Shown: positions 13,033 through 26,300 of the stretch, piece after piece
Position numbering within the stretch: the stretch's first letter is position 1
How the letters are laid out: each line of letters opens with the position of its first letter
NCBI GenBank assembly: GCA_009103225.1
Contig: RHPI01002910.1
Coordinates: forward strand, 195,645-259,644
Reading direction: 5' to 3'
Source of the DNA: Chlorokybus atmophyticus
Lineage: Eukaryota > Plantae > Mesostigma and Chlorokybus algae
DNA: 64,000 nt
Program-made: the position numbers and the translations under genes
Notes under the pieces: generated by a model
What the model saw: the letters and a program-made list of their open reading frames with translations, nothing else
Told to the model about the DNA's origin: nothing
The model's database searches: none

Positions 13033-15180
13033 ATGCATGCCTCCACTCTGCTGCGGTCGAGCGCGCGAGCAGCAGCAGCTCTTCATCGACACACATCCAC
13101 GCACTTGCTTGACAGCGCGCTGCCGAAGCGAAGCGCAGCGCAGCAGTGTGGTGGTGAGAGCACACTCACCATGTTATGAGCTTGTTGAGCTTTTCGTATG
13201 GTGTGGTGTGGTATGATATGGAGGGGGGTTTGTTGCAGCTGCGCACGTCGACACGCTGTCTGGGCGTGTCAAAGATGTGGACACGCCGTCTCTGGCGCGG
13301 TGGAGTGACGGCAGGTAGGTATTGGCATAGTATAGTATTGCAGCACGCAATCGTACTGGACGTACGTCTACGTAGTGTCGGTGTCGGTGTATGTGGGTTT
13401 ATGTGTTGGCGTTGCGTCTTCGCTTGCTATGCAGAATGCACCGGCATTCGGCAGCAGCGGCTGCGGCGCAAAGGCACGCGACGACCGTGTTATGCGTGCG
13501 CAAGGGAGATAAGGTCGTCATCATGGCGGATGGACAGGTATGTATATATAGTCTCACATTCATGTGAGACCCGTATCATTCAGAGGCAACTTTTTGTGAC
13601 TGCCGGATTTACTGCTATTCATCGGACCTTGGACGTTGCATACATAAGCACGTGCATGTGTACGTGCGCGCACATTATGACTTGCACACATATGCTTGGG
13701 GAGGGGCGGGGACAGTGCATGCTCACATTGGGCTCACACTGGTGTGACAGCAATGTGTAACGTGTACATAGGTCACGCAAGGCACGGAGATAGTCAAGCC
13801 AAACGTGCGCAAGGTGCGACGGATTGCCGAAAACGTCATCAGCGGCTTCGCAGGTGAGGCGTAACAGGATATATTTAAAAACACCTCTCTGATGCCAAAG
13901 TGTGCATACTGATGTTTTGTTTGTGATACACCACTGCTGGAAAGGTTCCACTGCGGACGCGTTCACGCTGTTTGAGCGTCTGGAGGCGAAACTGGAAGAA
14001 CACCCGGGTGAGGCTTGTGTAGGTTGCAACTGTGTCGCGTTGTGTTCGTTGTGCGCCTTTGCGTGGTGTACAGCGCTTAGCTTTGGTCTCTAGTACTTGA
14101 TTCGAGTTCTCATATGAACAGACGCACGTGCGCGCGCGCGTGCCCACACACACGCGCACACACACACACACACACACAGCAAAGTGATGACCGCTGTTTT
14201 TTTGTGTGCAGGGCAGGTATGGAGTCTGGCGGCATTGTTGGTTCATGTTGCACACTCGCGTGTGTGGTGATAAGGGTTTGGGACTTTGTGTCGCATGCGC
14301 ACTTGTGCACGCGCGCACAAGGACTGGGGTGAAGACAGTCCGGCCGGTTGATGTCACACGGGTTGAGTCGGTTGGTTGGTTTGTTGGCAGCTGATGCGCG
14401 CCGCCGTTGATCTCGCCAAGTCGTGGCGCACAGACAAGTTCCTCAGAAGACTGGAGGCAAGCTGTTGTAGTTGTATGCGTGTGTGCGCGTGTGCGTGTGT
14501 GCGATGTGGTATCGGTGCCTGGTCGTTCAATGCAAACGAGTTGCGCAGGCGGTCATCATCGTTGCGGACCCGGAGCAATCGTTGACGATTACCGGCAACG
14601 GCGACGTGTTGGAACCGCACGACGGCGTCATAGGTGCGGCTTTCTCTGCGTGTGTTGGTTGGTTGTATGTGGGTTAGCCCCCCTTCAGTCACTCTTGCTA
14701 ACACTAATGGTCTCATCAGGTATTGGCTCTGGCGGGTCGTACGCGCTGGCCGCAGCGCGGGCCCTCATGGACCTGCCCGACATGGACGCAGAGGCCATCG
14801 GTGAGTACATTGTGCTTGCAGTGTCGCTATTGCTGTACGTATGCTTAGTCGATGCCAGTTGCCCGTTGATGCTGGCTGTCGATGTGTTCACGTACGTGTA
14901 CGTGTGCGAGTATGTGTACATGTGCGTGTATGTGCCTGCGCGCCTGCGCGCGTGCTAATGCTGTATGTGTGCTTGTCCTGCAACAGCCAAGAAGGCCATG
15001 ACCATCGCAGCCGACATCTGCATCTACACCAACCACAACTTCGTGACGCAGACTCTGTCCACCAACACCTCCGCAGACTCACCCAAATCTGCCGAGCCCG
15101 AAGCAGTCGCAAGCTCTTCAAAGGATATCACCTCAGAGGACCTCAGCACCAGTATCAATAGCGATGCCAAAAGCACTTGA
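13033..15180 (+). CDS. hslV: HslV (ClpQ) threonine protease subunit with mitochondrial-type presequence; exons 13033-13153, 13239-13313, 13435-13537, 13772-13853, 13945-14007, 14212-14216, 14391-14456, 14549-14633, 14720-14800, 14987-15180
   Basis: Spliced protein: [23 protein letters not shown]...[55 protein letters not shown]...GNGDVLEP...[15 protein letters not shown]...[11 protein letters not shown]. The catalytic N-terminal Thr is retained; the N-terminus is Arg/Ser/Ala-rich. Confidence 0.95.
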
Positions 15181-18091
15181 GCAGTGCATTGGTATGAAGT
15201 CGGTCTGATTGTGGCACTCGCCGGTCTCCCACTTTCTTTGCTCATTTGCTGAGTGCGGTCATCATGGAACACTTGCATACCCGAGCGGGGCGTGCTATGT
15301 CTGAGTGTGGTTTCACATGTGAGGAGGATGGCACGCGCACACTTCATGCTATGCATACTTGAGAACAACAATGTAGCAAGCGCGCAGATTGTGTGATGTG
15401 ATTTGAATGAATCAGGTTGTGTCGCCAATATCAACTTCACTTACACCAGGCTGTCTGAGCAGGCGTTGTTGGTGCTAGCTCTTGTAACATGTCGTGCGAA
15501 CGCTGTACTTGTCGTGCGGGGATACAAGCCGGCCCAAGTCGGTTGTACAACCCACTTGCTGCTCGCAGTTATACATGTATATATGCTTCCTTCCTACTTA
15601 AGAGCTTGCTTTTGCAACTCTTGTTTGTTATTTACCTTTGTCTGCGGCCAATCGCACACGCATGTGCACGCCGACGCTCACATAAGCAGCAGTAAAACTC
15701 GCATAGTTGCTATATTGTAGATATCATGATTGTATGCACTTGTAGTGGAAACCCGTTTATACAATGTATGATTTATTGTGTAACAATATGATCGTGCAAG
15801 ACATATAGCTGCTTTATGTGCTCATGATTAATGTGGTTGCCCGCAATGCGTAAGTAGCAATCAACTGTGCACAAGGGCTAACCACCCGTTACCATATGCG
15901 CAAGTAGTAAGTAGCAGTCCATCATGCACGAGGTCCTTGCAAGTGTAATGTATTGCATAATGTATGTCAAGATATGCACATTGATCAGATTACAATATAG
16001 TTCAACTTGCGATGCGCATTATACCACATCGCTCCCCTTTGAAGAAAGCGGATAAATTGCTGGTCGATCATAGGGCGTACCAACTTGCACGGTAGTGGTT
16101 GCAGAATCCCACATTTCAGAGTCACATGTGGGATGAAGGGCTTGAACTCAATGTGCACGTAGTACAATAATGTACAGCCAATCGCATAAAGTTACGGTAA
16201 CTGCTTTGGTGCAGTAATTCTATGTTGGTTTTATGCTGACGGAGCATAAATGATTGGCTATATAAGTACATTACATATATGATATAATGTATATTACAAA
16301 TACTTATAGAAATTGCTATGATCGTTTCTACACTCATATCAATATAGATAATTACGTGGTCGTAGCATATGTGACGATACAACATTCCCAAATGCTGCAC
16401 ATGTAGCTTCACAAGCTTGGCTTATGCATATCTACAAGTAATACATATTCAATATGTTTGAAATATATCTCATGTATTACGTGGATCTAAGACTGTCTGA
16501 TATGCGTGTCTATATTGAGCTCTAGTTCCCAATCTCTTACGCATCCAATTTGTGGGTATTGCTTCAAGGTGTATTGTGTGTCGCATAACAATGAGAAATT
16601 GCAAGAACATACAAGATGACTTACACAAGCAGATGACGTTTTTTGCTCCATGCATTTAACAGCCTGTGCACGATTGTTGTTGGATGTAAGGCGCGTCTCG
16701 ATGGTAGGGCGATCAACGTGCTTGCAAGTGGGAGTTCAAGCAATAATGTTATACACCGCCAATCACTCTCGCAATCAATGACAACATGCCGAGTTGCTCA
16801 TGTGCCACTAAGTATGCAACACAATATACCTCAGCTCACTGCGACCGTGTCGTGCACAATATAAACATTGACCTACATCATATGGCGCTCCGATATGCAC
16901 TTCATGAGTTGTAGACCGCAGGTGTCAAGCACTCATCTCCTCTCTGCACGCACAACAACGGACTCCTAGTAGAAGTGGGTGTGTTAACTTAGGTAGATAA
17001 CGCATAGCCGTGCAATACTTGGACTAAGACATATGCCACATTGGCCGGGATGGGTAAGAGTGCTTTCATCAAAAGTATCGTACAGTATCGTAACATTATC
17101 TGTTACCTCATCTTCAGTTACACAGATACGATACCAAACGCAGCATATGTTAAAACATTACGTTTGTTGAAGAATGTCATGGATAGCATACCTCACCGCA
17201 AAAAAACCGCCGGCGGAGGCTGTGCAATACTAGTACCGTCACGCAGGCTAGCAACATCAGCCCGCATGTGCTCAAGCTTGCTCCCATTGGTAGTTTCTTC
17301 TTTGCGTTCAACTGCACTACTTTCTGCAGTAAGAGACCGTGAGGCTGCGTCAACAGCCCCAACGACGACACAATGTGAGTGGCCGGAGTGTTACCGCATC
17401 TCATTGTCGTGCCCATCTTGCACAGTGCATCCAAAGGCTCTGGACCCCTCTTCACCACAGGCACAGGCACACGCAGTGCACATGGAGTGCCTGTCAGGCA
17501 CGTGCACATGCATACGCACACGCACAGGCACAGGCACTGCCATGAAAATTCAGTACAGGCACATTCAGACTGATTCTGGACCTCGACTGTGCTACAGGTG
17601 TGTCCGGCATGGGCCCGACCGCCCTCATGGTTTGGTCATCGCTGATGCACCGTCATCTCAGTTTAGACAAGGACTTGAAGAGAAACTAGACACTTGCCTG
17701 GGGATGAAACACTCCTTCTATAGGCGAGTATCACAGCGTGCATCACTAGCAAGTTGGGTTGTACTCACCAGCAAGCTAAACGCTACCCATACCAACTCAA
17801 GCTAGCGTGAGGTGTCCATCACCTCATTAAACTTGTATCGCGCAGCATATGGGCATGCACCTGCATTGCGGATAATAGGACAAAATTTGCGTTATCCACG
17901 CAACCTTCGCATTGAACATACGATATGCATTGAGCCATGCACTAAACAACACACCATTCATGGGTCAAAACTCTTCCTTATCCAGCAACGATTACACTAC
18001 ACTTGCTCATCCAATGACTAAAGCGCTCCCGGTATCACAAGCAATTGCAAGCAACAATGTGTCAACCAGACAATGTGTCCACAATGTCATC

Positions 18092-21000
18092 TCAAAAAAC
18101 GCCTAAAAACTTGTTGCGCGCCAATGCGGCGCGCAGTCGTCTGCCTCGTTCCCCGTTGTTATAGAGTCTATGATACGTCCAGTACGCGCCCAACACGGAC
18201 TTGACGTAATATTTCGTTTCGCCGAAAGGCAGCTGCTCGACAAACTCGTCCCACTCCATCGCCTTCGAGCGGCTGAGCCAGTCGTCAACCAGCCCTGGAC
18301 CCGCGTTATACGCAGCAATGGCAGGCACTAGGTTGTTGCCGCCGTACAGTCCACTGACCCAAGCTACATACCTTTCAACATAGAAGGGTTGTAAGCCACA
18401 AACCACAGCTGCAACTTGCATGTGCATGTGTATACGCATGTGTATATGTCTGTGCATACAAATGTGTGGATGAACGTGTGCGCGTTGATGTGTGGTTACT
18501 CTACCATGAGCCGAGGCGGACGCTGTCTGCAGCGTTCATGAGATCGTAGCTCGGGACTCTGGCGCACTCGGCAATCCACTTGGCAGTCTCGGGCATGAGC
18601 TGCATCAGGCCCCTCGCGCCGACATGAGACATTGCTTTGGCATTGAACTGAGATTCCTGCAGGCATCTGAACGTGTCAGCACTGATGCATACGGACTTCA
18701 ACTACATGATTATGGTATGCAGCGCGGACATGCGCGCAAGCGCACGCACGATGGTAACATCCACGACACCTTGTAGGGTGTCGGTGGTGCACGCACCTGT
18801 CGTATGACTGCCATAACTAGAAGCGGGTCCACGTTGTATTGCTTTGACCAGTAAGCCACCCTGTCCCAAGACACACTCTGCTTGCTATCGTCCTGCAGAA
18901 AAACCTGATATTAAAGTCGTGTTGTGTACAAGTGCCGCTCATAGTATTGCGCCAACCGACATGCCAGGGATAGAGTTGAACACCCATTTTCAAACATACA
19001 CTCTTCTGTCTACACACTTTGGGTTACCTGTATACCGCGCGGTAACGGGTACACAGCGCGCAGGAAGCCCTGGCACTTCTCTAGCTGCTTGCACAGTCTG
19101 CGCTCGAGCGGCGTGTTGGCGCGCGCCATCGCACTGGCGAGCTCCATGAGCCCAACATGCGTGTCTCCGAGACCTAATCTAGGGTTCGGTGACTCGTCAG
19201 CCCTGCAGATGCTGTTGGGCAACAAACATTGCGCGTGATAAAACTGACCTCAACAACGCTTGTGTGATGGCCTCAGCAACCGAGGGCGTTCGCTCGTGCA
19301 CGTACTCGTGCCTGTGCCAATGCTCCCATGCAGCTTTGTATTCACCTGTGGCGCGAAAACCAAACGGACACCGTGTCTATCACGCAACCATATGGCGCAA
19401 GGCACCCCTAACATGCGCGCACGCACACACGTGCGTATGCGCACATGCACACGCACCTTTGCGGTACAGATGCCGCAGCTTGATTGATCCAACAGGCAGC
19501 GGCGCGTTGTCCAGGTTCCTTCGCCGCAGGAAAAATGACTTGGCTCTGCTGCCGATGGTGGTAGTTGTGGTGGATGCGAAGGCGACGGTGCTGATATCCG
19601 TTATCAACATGCGACTCCCCGCCGTCTGCTGCTGCTGTTGTGCTGATATCATCGACTGCGCGCTGACTGCCTCACCTACAGGCGAAGAGGGCCCCTCACC
19701 TGCTATGCTCAGCGCTGCGCTGAGACCAGGCTGCAAGCACGCTGCCGCACTCCAGCCATAGTAGGACTTCAACACACAAACACACAGTGATAACTTAAGT
19801 CTCACACATGTCATTGGTGGTCACTGACTGACTGCAGTGCACGAGACTGAACCTTGCGTGCAACCGTTCAAGACTATGATAGAGCATTGCGTGCAGGAAG
19901 AGCATACTTGTGGATGGCTTGCGAGCGCTCTCCGCCACCATCTGGCAGCCTGTCTATCATGTCCTCGCTTCTTCTCTATTCGCCCATTCTAACAGCAGGG
20001 GGGGGACGTTACAAAACATGCATGACACACACCACAACGGCAACGCGATGCAGTGTTGCAATTGGGTACGAACAGGACTTACCCAGTACAGCGCCCCAGC
20101 AGCGTATGCGCTTTGCAGGTTGGCTTTCGCTATGCCCTGAGACAAATCAGTGTCACTCAGTCACGATCGACGAGCACAAACAACAACCGCGCCACGGGTA
20201 CAGCAGTCAAATTTGTGCTTGACAACAACCACAAGCACAACCACGCGCGTTGAGCAACAATAGTCGTGAAGAATCAAAATTACAGAGAGAGACAAGCAGC
20301 AGAAAGTAACTGTGCCTGCAGCTGATCCAGCGCTTGCGGCCACTGCCCTTGCTTCAACGCAGCCATTGCCCCGTCCCACCTCACCTGATGCCAAGACATG
20401 CTGAGAATATGCAACACCACACCTGAATAGGTAGTAATTTGCTAGTTCTCCATTAAGCGATTGCAGGTACTGACCTCCGCAGCCGCATGACTTGTCGGAT
20501 GCCTTTCCAAAATCAGCTGCTCAGCTGCATGCAGCGCAGCCTACAGTCGGTACAGTCACTCACTCTGGTTGTTGAAGGGAGCAACAACAACAACAACATA
20601 AGCCACATGTAATGCATGACAGGATCAATGAGCTCCCTCTTACCTGTGCATCATCCGCAGCTTTCTTGCGCTGCTTCATCGCCGTGCTTCCAGCATACGA
20701 CGCACGGATGCTCGCGGCCTGCGCCCGCGCGGTGGCCGCTTCCGCATGCAGTATGCGCCGCAGGGCCGAACGCGCTGCGGTGCTCGCGGCCGGGCAGTCT
20801 TTCGCAAGTGTCTGTTGCGGGCAATGAGACCGTCGCGTTGTAGAGCACAAAGATGTCACTGGCTATCAACAGGCATAGAACATGTAAGCTCACTTCAAGA
20901 TGCTCGACGGTCTCTACTCGGTTCGTGGACAAGCAGGCGAGCCGCCATCTGGCCTGAGAAGGCAAATTTGATCACGATGATATACTCAATTTTGGCGCAA

Positions 21001-22130
21001 TGTACCAACAATGATTGCAGCGCATTGCGTTTGCAACAGTAAGTGGGACTCATCATGCAGCAAGTGGGATGAGTCTCAGCAGCATTGTGAACATGCTAGC
21101 GTTACATGACAGTAGAGATGCGCACACAGACACCAACAACTGCTAGCCCAGAATACCACCATGCCTGTGCACCAGCAGCGCTTCGGTTATCTCGTCGCAC
21201 CACACTTCTGTACATCTGCCTGGCAGCGTCCCGCATGCCTTCGAGCTCCAACCAGCTGTCGATGAAACAGAAGTCAGCGCATGCAAGCTTGACCTCTTGC
21301 AACGGCTGTTGCTTGGAAAAGAAACCCCGTGCAAATGTAATACTTACAGGCCATGTCTGTACATCAGATTCGAACGGTCGAATGCGCGCACGAGCAATGG
21401 CCGTCTCCGCTCAGGCGCAAGCTTCAATACCTACACAAAGCTTCAAATCAACAACCAAAGGTACCGAGATCATGGTGAATGCATGTGCATGCCTTCATAC
21501 ACACAAGATAATGCAATGCCGTGATTGTGCAGGCTCACGCACGCACGTGCACACGCATGTGCATGCATGTACATACATGCACATGCACAGACGCGCGCAC
21601 ACGCGCATATGCATGCATAGGTACTCCCCGTTGATTGCTTCACTGACCTGTGTTGCATACTCTTCAAACTCCACATTGCCAACCAGCACCGGCTCTGCGG
21701 ATGTAACATATTGTGTCATATTATGTACGTGCTGACGGCATACCATACTCATATAAGCTCAAGCAAAACAACACTGGCATGTCACACTTTACAACCACAT
21801 ACACACATGCTGGGTGACGACTTAACGACTGAACCTGCTGGCAACAGCAGCTTGCGCAGCCGAGACTCCGCCTGGACGAGCTCTCCCAGCAGCAGCACAG
21901 GCAGCTCTGGCCCTGCAAGTGGAAGGGAGAAAGAAAGAGATCAGATCGCAGAAAAGCACAAGCGATCAAATGAACGCCCGAGGCTATCAGGCTCAGTACA
22001 AAGGCAGAAGTGCCGAATGCTCACAGATCGCCATGCCGCTTGCCGCGTGCGCCAGTCTAGACAGCACTCCCTCAGCTGCCGAGAGAAGCACCAGCACCAG
22101 CACCAGCACCAAGCTCAGCTGCCATTAACT
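18092..22130 (-). CDS. slt: Soluble lytic murein transglycosylase (Slt family), cyanobacterial type; firm 3' exons ~19212-19030, 18892-18797, 18656-18505, 18371-18092; 5' exons and start uncertain
   Basis: Spliced C-terminal domain: AVYPLP...VDPLLVMAVIRQ|ESQFNAKAMSHVGARGLMQLMPETAKWIA...DSVRLGSW|YVAWV...AIAAYNAGPGLVDDWL...DEFVEQLPFGETKYYVKSVLGAYWTYHRLYN. All SLT motifs are present, including the catalytic Glu (QES). Upstream exons are helical/TPR-like (e.g. DAARQMYRSVVRRDNRSAAGAQAW). Confidence 0.93.
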
Positions 22131-23347
22131 TCATGAGCAGGGCAAGCTGCAGCGCTGTCGGCTACAGCCAGCTACAGCAATGGCTCCTCTCGCTCGTCCT
22201 CCTCATCTCTGTCCTTGGTCGACGTGTCCCGACTGCCGCCGCCGCCGCCGCGGACTTGCCCGCCACGTCAGCGTAAGGCGATCACCATGCCACTTCACCC
22301 CCTTGTGTTGTCACCATCTCACACAAGGTTTGCTAACTAGAGTGCGTCGTTGTTTATGTGAGTGGCTAACTCTGTGACAATGTTGTCACCACAAGGACGT
22401 CAACTCAGCGCTTTACACAACGCGCATGCAATAAAAATCGAAGAGTCACAACACCCACGCACTGTACTGTATAACACCGCGGTTGCTAGCATCAACCTGC
22501 TCCGGTTGTGTGTATCACATCACCTCAGGAAGTGGTTACCACTGTTGCTGCTGGTTTACTGCTGTGGTGTGTGAATCACAGGGATTGCATAATGCCCCAC
22601 ACAACGAGACGGCTAGGCTTGTGTTCAACGCTGTATACCAATGATGTAGTGTTGCTGCGTGCATGTTGCATGTCTATGCGCGTGCGAAACAGCACTTATG
22701 AAAATTCTATAAACAACAAGACAGCCAGGGACTTGTTTGGCAGCGAAGTTCACATTGCAATGTCGTAAAACCTGTTGCAGCCATGCTGTGGCATGTGAAA
22801 TGGAGCGTATACAATTACCTTCCATGTGCGAGTGCCAGCATATGTGCATGTGTGAGTGCCAGAGCGTGTGCATGTGCAAGCACACAATTCGCCTGATGGA
22901 GCAGCATGTCCACACTTACCCAACTCGTGACTCGTGAACACTGCCGCGTTTTCGCATTACATGACAATGGCACAGTCAACGTTGCTGGTCGCCGTGTGTA
23001 CAAAGAAGGCAGCGCAGGAGTGCCCATGCACGGTATACGCAGTGCTCATGCACACGACACCACTAATATATCACTAATTCACCACCGCGCTACCTAGCTA
23101 CTTAGAGCACTACCGCTACCCACTAGCACTAGCACCCCGATGGTCATGCAAGCATGCAGCCCAATGTTGCAATCACCTGCACATTGGCTGCATGGGTATT
23201 CATTCAATCATATGTCACTTCATTCAGTACACTTAGCCAACCAAGTGTTTCATCACTCTGTACAGAGCTAATCTGAGATGTCAACAGGCAAACCGCCACA
23301 CACGGACGCCAACGAACCCACCGACAAACAAACCAAACAACATCACT

Positions 23348-26300
23348 CTAGTGTGAATTAGTCACCGAAGGCTGGATCTCCAGCTTCTCTACCAGAAAGG
23401 CATACATCTCTGCTCGCGCTCGCAGCGATCGATGCTGCGGCAATGCCTCTGATTTGGCGTGAAGATCGGTCTTCAACAGAGCCACGCTGTCGCCGGGCTG
23501 GGAGACTGCTCTCAGCCTCGCCACAAACTTTGCAGCCTGCCATGCTGTGTCATTCGTGTTCGAACGCACCAACATGTGGGGATACCTGCGACAGAGTACA
23601 ACAAAATCATCAATCCACACAAGCACGCAAACGTAAATGTACATGTGGAGTTCAGACACATGCTTACATTACCTCTGCACAGGCATGTGTAAGTTACGTG
23701 TACACAAGTTGGTCCAAAGCAAATCATGTTCATACTACACAGATTAGCGCTCGCAATTTAATATGCTTAGCAGACGTGTCGTACATGTTATTGCACAACA
23801 CAACACACTCACTTGACGGGTTGAATATTTTCATATGGTGAGTAGCCCTTCATATAGTCATAATATTCGCTGTCCCGGGGGTTGCCCCACTCCGCCCACT
23901 CTGCAGCAGTCCTCGGCATGGAAGTATCAAGCATCCTGTTGACGACATCCACAAACGCCGTGTCCACAACAGCTGCCTGTCACACAACCACAGGCATCAG
24001 CCAGCAACCTGTTATTACGCACAAACAAGCACACACAGGCACACGCGCGCACAGACGCGCACATGTCCAACCTTGAACAGTGTTGGCTGTGAGTTGATGG
24101 CGCCCCCGACCGCGACTGCACCGGCACCCGTGCCATGCACGGCGAGAAGTTCCCTGGCGGTATATTGCAGAGACACGAGGTATTGTGCGCAGGCAATCAC
24201 ATCGTTGATAACGTTCTTCTTAAGCAGCAGACGCCCGCCCTGCGCCCAGTTCGTGCCCAACTCGGCGCCGCCCCTCACGTGTGCTAGCGCGATAATGAAA
24301 CCTACGCGAGAACTTGTGTTGGTCGGTGCTCGTGCGTGTACACATGCGACACAATACAGCACGACAACTTGTACAGCACAATGACAAATGCAGCATACCG
24401 CGGTTCAGCAGTGAGACTGTGTTTGCATCAAAGCTGGCTTCCAGACTCTTCCCATATGCGCCGTAGGCGATCAAAAGTAAAGGGTTGTGACCGTCCCGCT
24501 GCACGTGGCGCTTGTACATAACGGATACAGGAATCTGTTGATACATCGGCCTTATCAGTCGTTGCTGCCACCATGCAGCAACGCACTGAGTTGACAGTCA
24601 CAATGTGTTGCTGTGCGGTGAGTTTAAATTTGTTGTGAGTCGAGATGCATACAAAATAGCGAATCCACAAAGACAACGACAGTCAGCATACTTGCACGCC
24701 ATCATCTGCGGGTGCGAACACCCGGTCACAGATGTAAGCTGCTGCAATGAACCCGCCAAGAACCTGGCCAACAGTACGTGAGTAAAGACCCGCTGCATTG
24801 CAGCATGCGGTCGTTGACAACACTGTGTCAATGACCCAAAGCTACGATGTACAAGCAGCAAACAAAACCTAGTTACATGAGTCCATACCAGCTGCTCTTT
24901 GACGTGCCGAGTGGATTGAGCGTTCATGTCATACTCGAACACGCTGGGAACCGTGCAAAGAGACGAGAACACAAAGCGCAGCGTGCTAGTGGTGAACTCT
25001 GGGTTCAGCTCCAGCGGCAACGAGAGCGAGTAGGCGGGATCCGGGAACTCCACGACATGCGTCGCCCCCGTGAACATGTTGACTACTCTCAAGAGAGGCA
25101 ACCCGGCGGACCGCTCGACCAACACGATGAAGTGATCAAACACCAACATGTCTTCCAAATAGATGTCCTGCACAGGAGAGCAAGATTTATGATCAAACCC
25201 CAAGTTAGACATGCAGATGAAAGCAAGCATATGTTGGGTACCTGCCGATGTGCTACAAACTCCTTCCAGTTGGTCTGCTCAGGCGTGTACACTGACGTCG
25301 AGTACACCATGTAGTTTGTGGCTCCGTTGTAGTTGCTTCGTAGAAGGAACTTGCCTTCCCTGTGCTCCACATAGTACTTTACATCCGCCACACGCGGTTG
25401 CAACAGCGTGAAGCTGCGAGTCATATCTGCTGTCTCAAGGTAGCGAACTTCTGTTGTTGCCTGACAAACACACAGCCATACGATACATATATGGCCTTCA
25501 CAAGCCAGTAGCAGGCAATGCTAACCAGTGCACCATGCATGTTGTATGTGTACCTGGCTTTCTGAAGTGAGCAGCAAGTACTGTCCGTCCTTGGATTTAG
25601 AGGGCCTTAGCATGAAGCGGTCATCTCCTTCATTGTACAGATCCCTGTCATTCACCGTGGACCCAATCTGCGCAAAGAGGACACGCTTACATGCGTCTGC
25701 TTGTCACCAATGCCTGCACTGTAGCCCATGATTGAGGACCGCAGGTACAGCATGTGTACTTGCCTCGTGAAAGCGGGCTATGTACGGCCGAAGCGTAGCC
25801 GGCTCCAGCTCGACGTACAACAGAGTGCGGGCGCCTTTGGCCCACACCATCTCAGGTGAGGCATTGGGTATCTTGCCCGCAAGCGTGCGGCCAACCTGCA
25901 ACACGCGCACGTTGTTAGCTCCCACTCCGCCGCACAATGCAATGTAAGCCATGCAACTGCAAGCCTGTATTGTACCGACAAGTCCTTGAAGAAAATTGTG
26001 TAACTCTTGTCGCCAGTAGTGTCCGCGGCATACGCCAGAATGGAGTGATCATCACTCACGGCAACGCCACCAACTTGGTAGTATTCATGTCCAAACGCGA
26101 GCCGGTTAGGGTCCAAAATCACCTGGCAAGTGGAGAAGTCTTCTGCACAGGCAATCATGCGCTAGCAACAACAAACCAATGTAGTGGCTGTTTTTTCACT
26201 TCCAACCTGTTCAGGTGCACCCATGCTGCCTTTCTTGCGGCAGTACAGGATATGAGATTTGCCCTTAGCTTTGCGCTGGTAGTAGAAAAAACCGCCCCTT

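Noticed and set aside
15200-17000. Possible decayed transposon coding sequence in AT-rich DNA
   Set aside because: Short open stretches only; no identifiable transposase or RT motif.
17041-17805. 254-aa plus-strand ORF
   Set aside because: No recognisable motif, includes CA-rich intron-like tracts, and the minus strand shows competing exon-like segments. No gene can be supported.
18092-19212. SLT as bacterial contamination or misassembly
   Set aside because: The coding sequence is interrupted by canonical spliceosomal introns with the same style as neighbouring genes.
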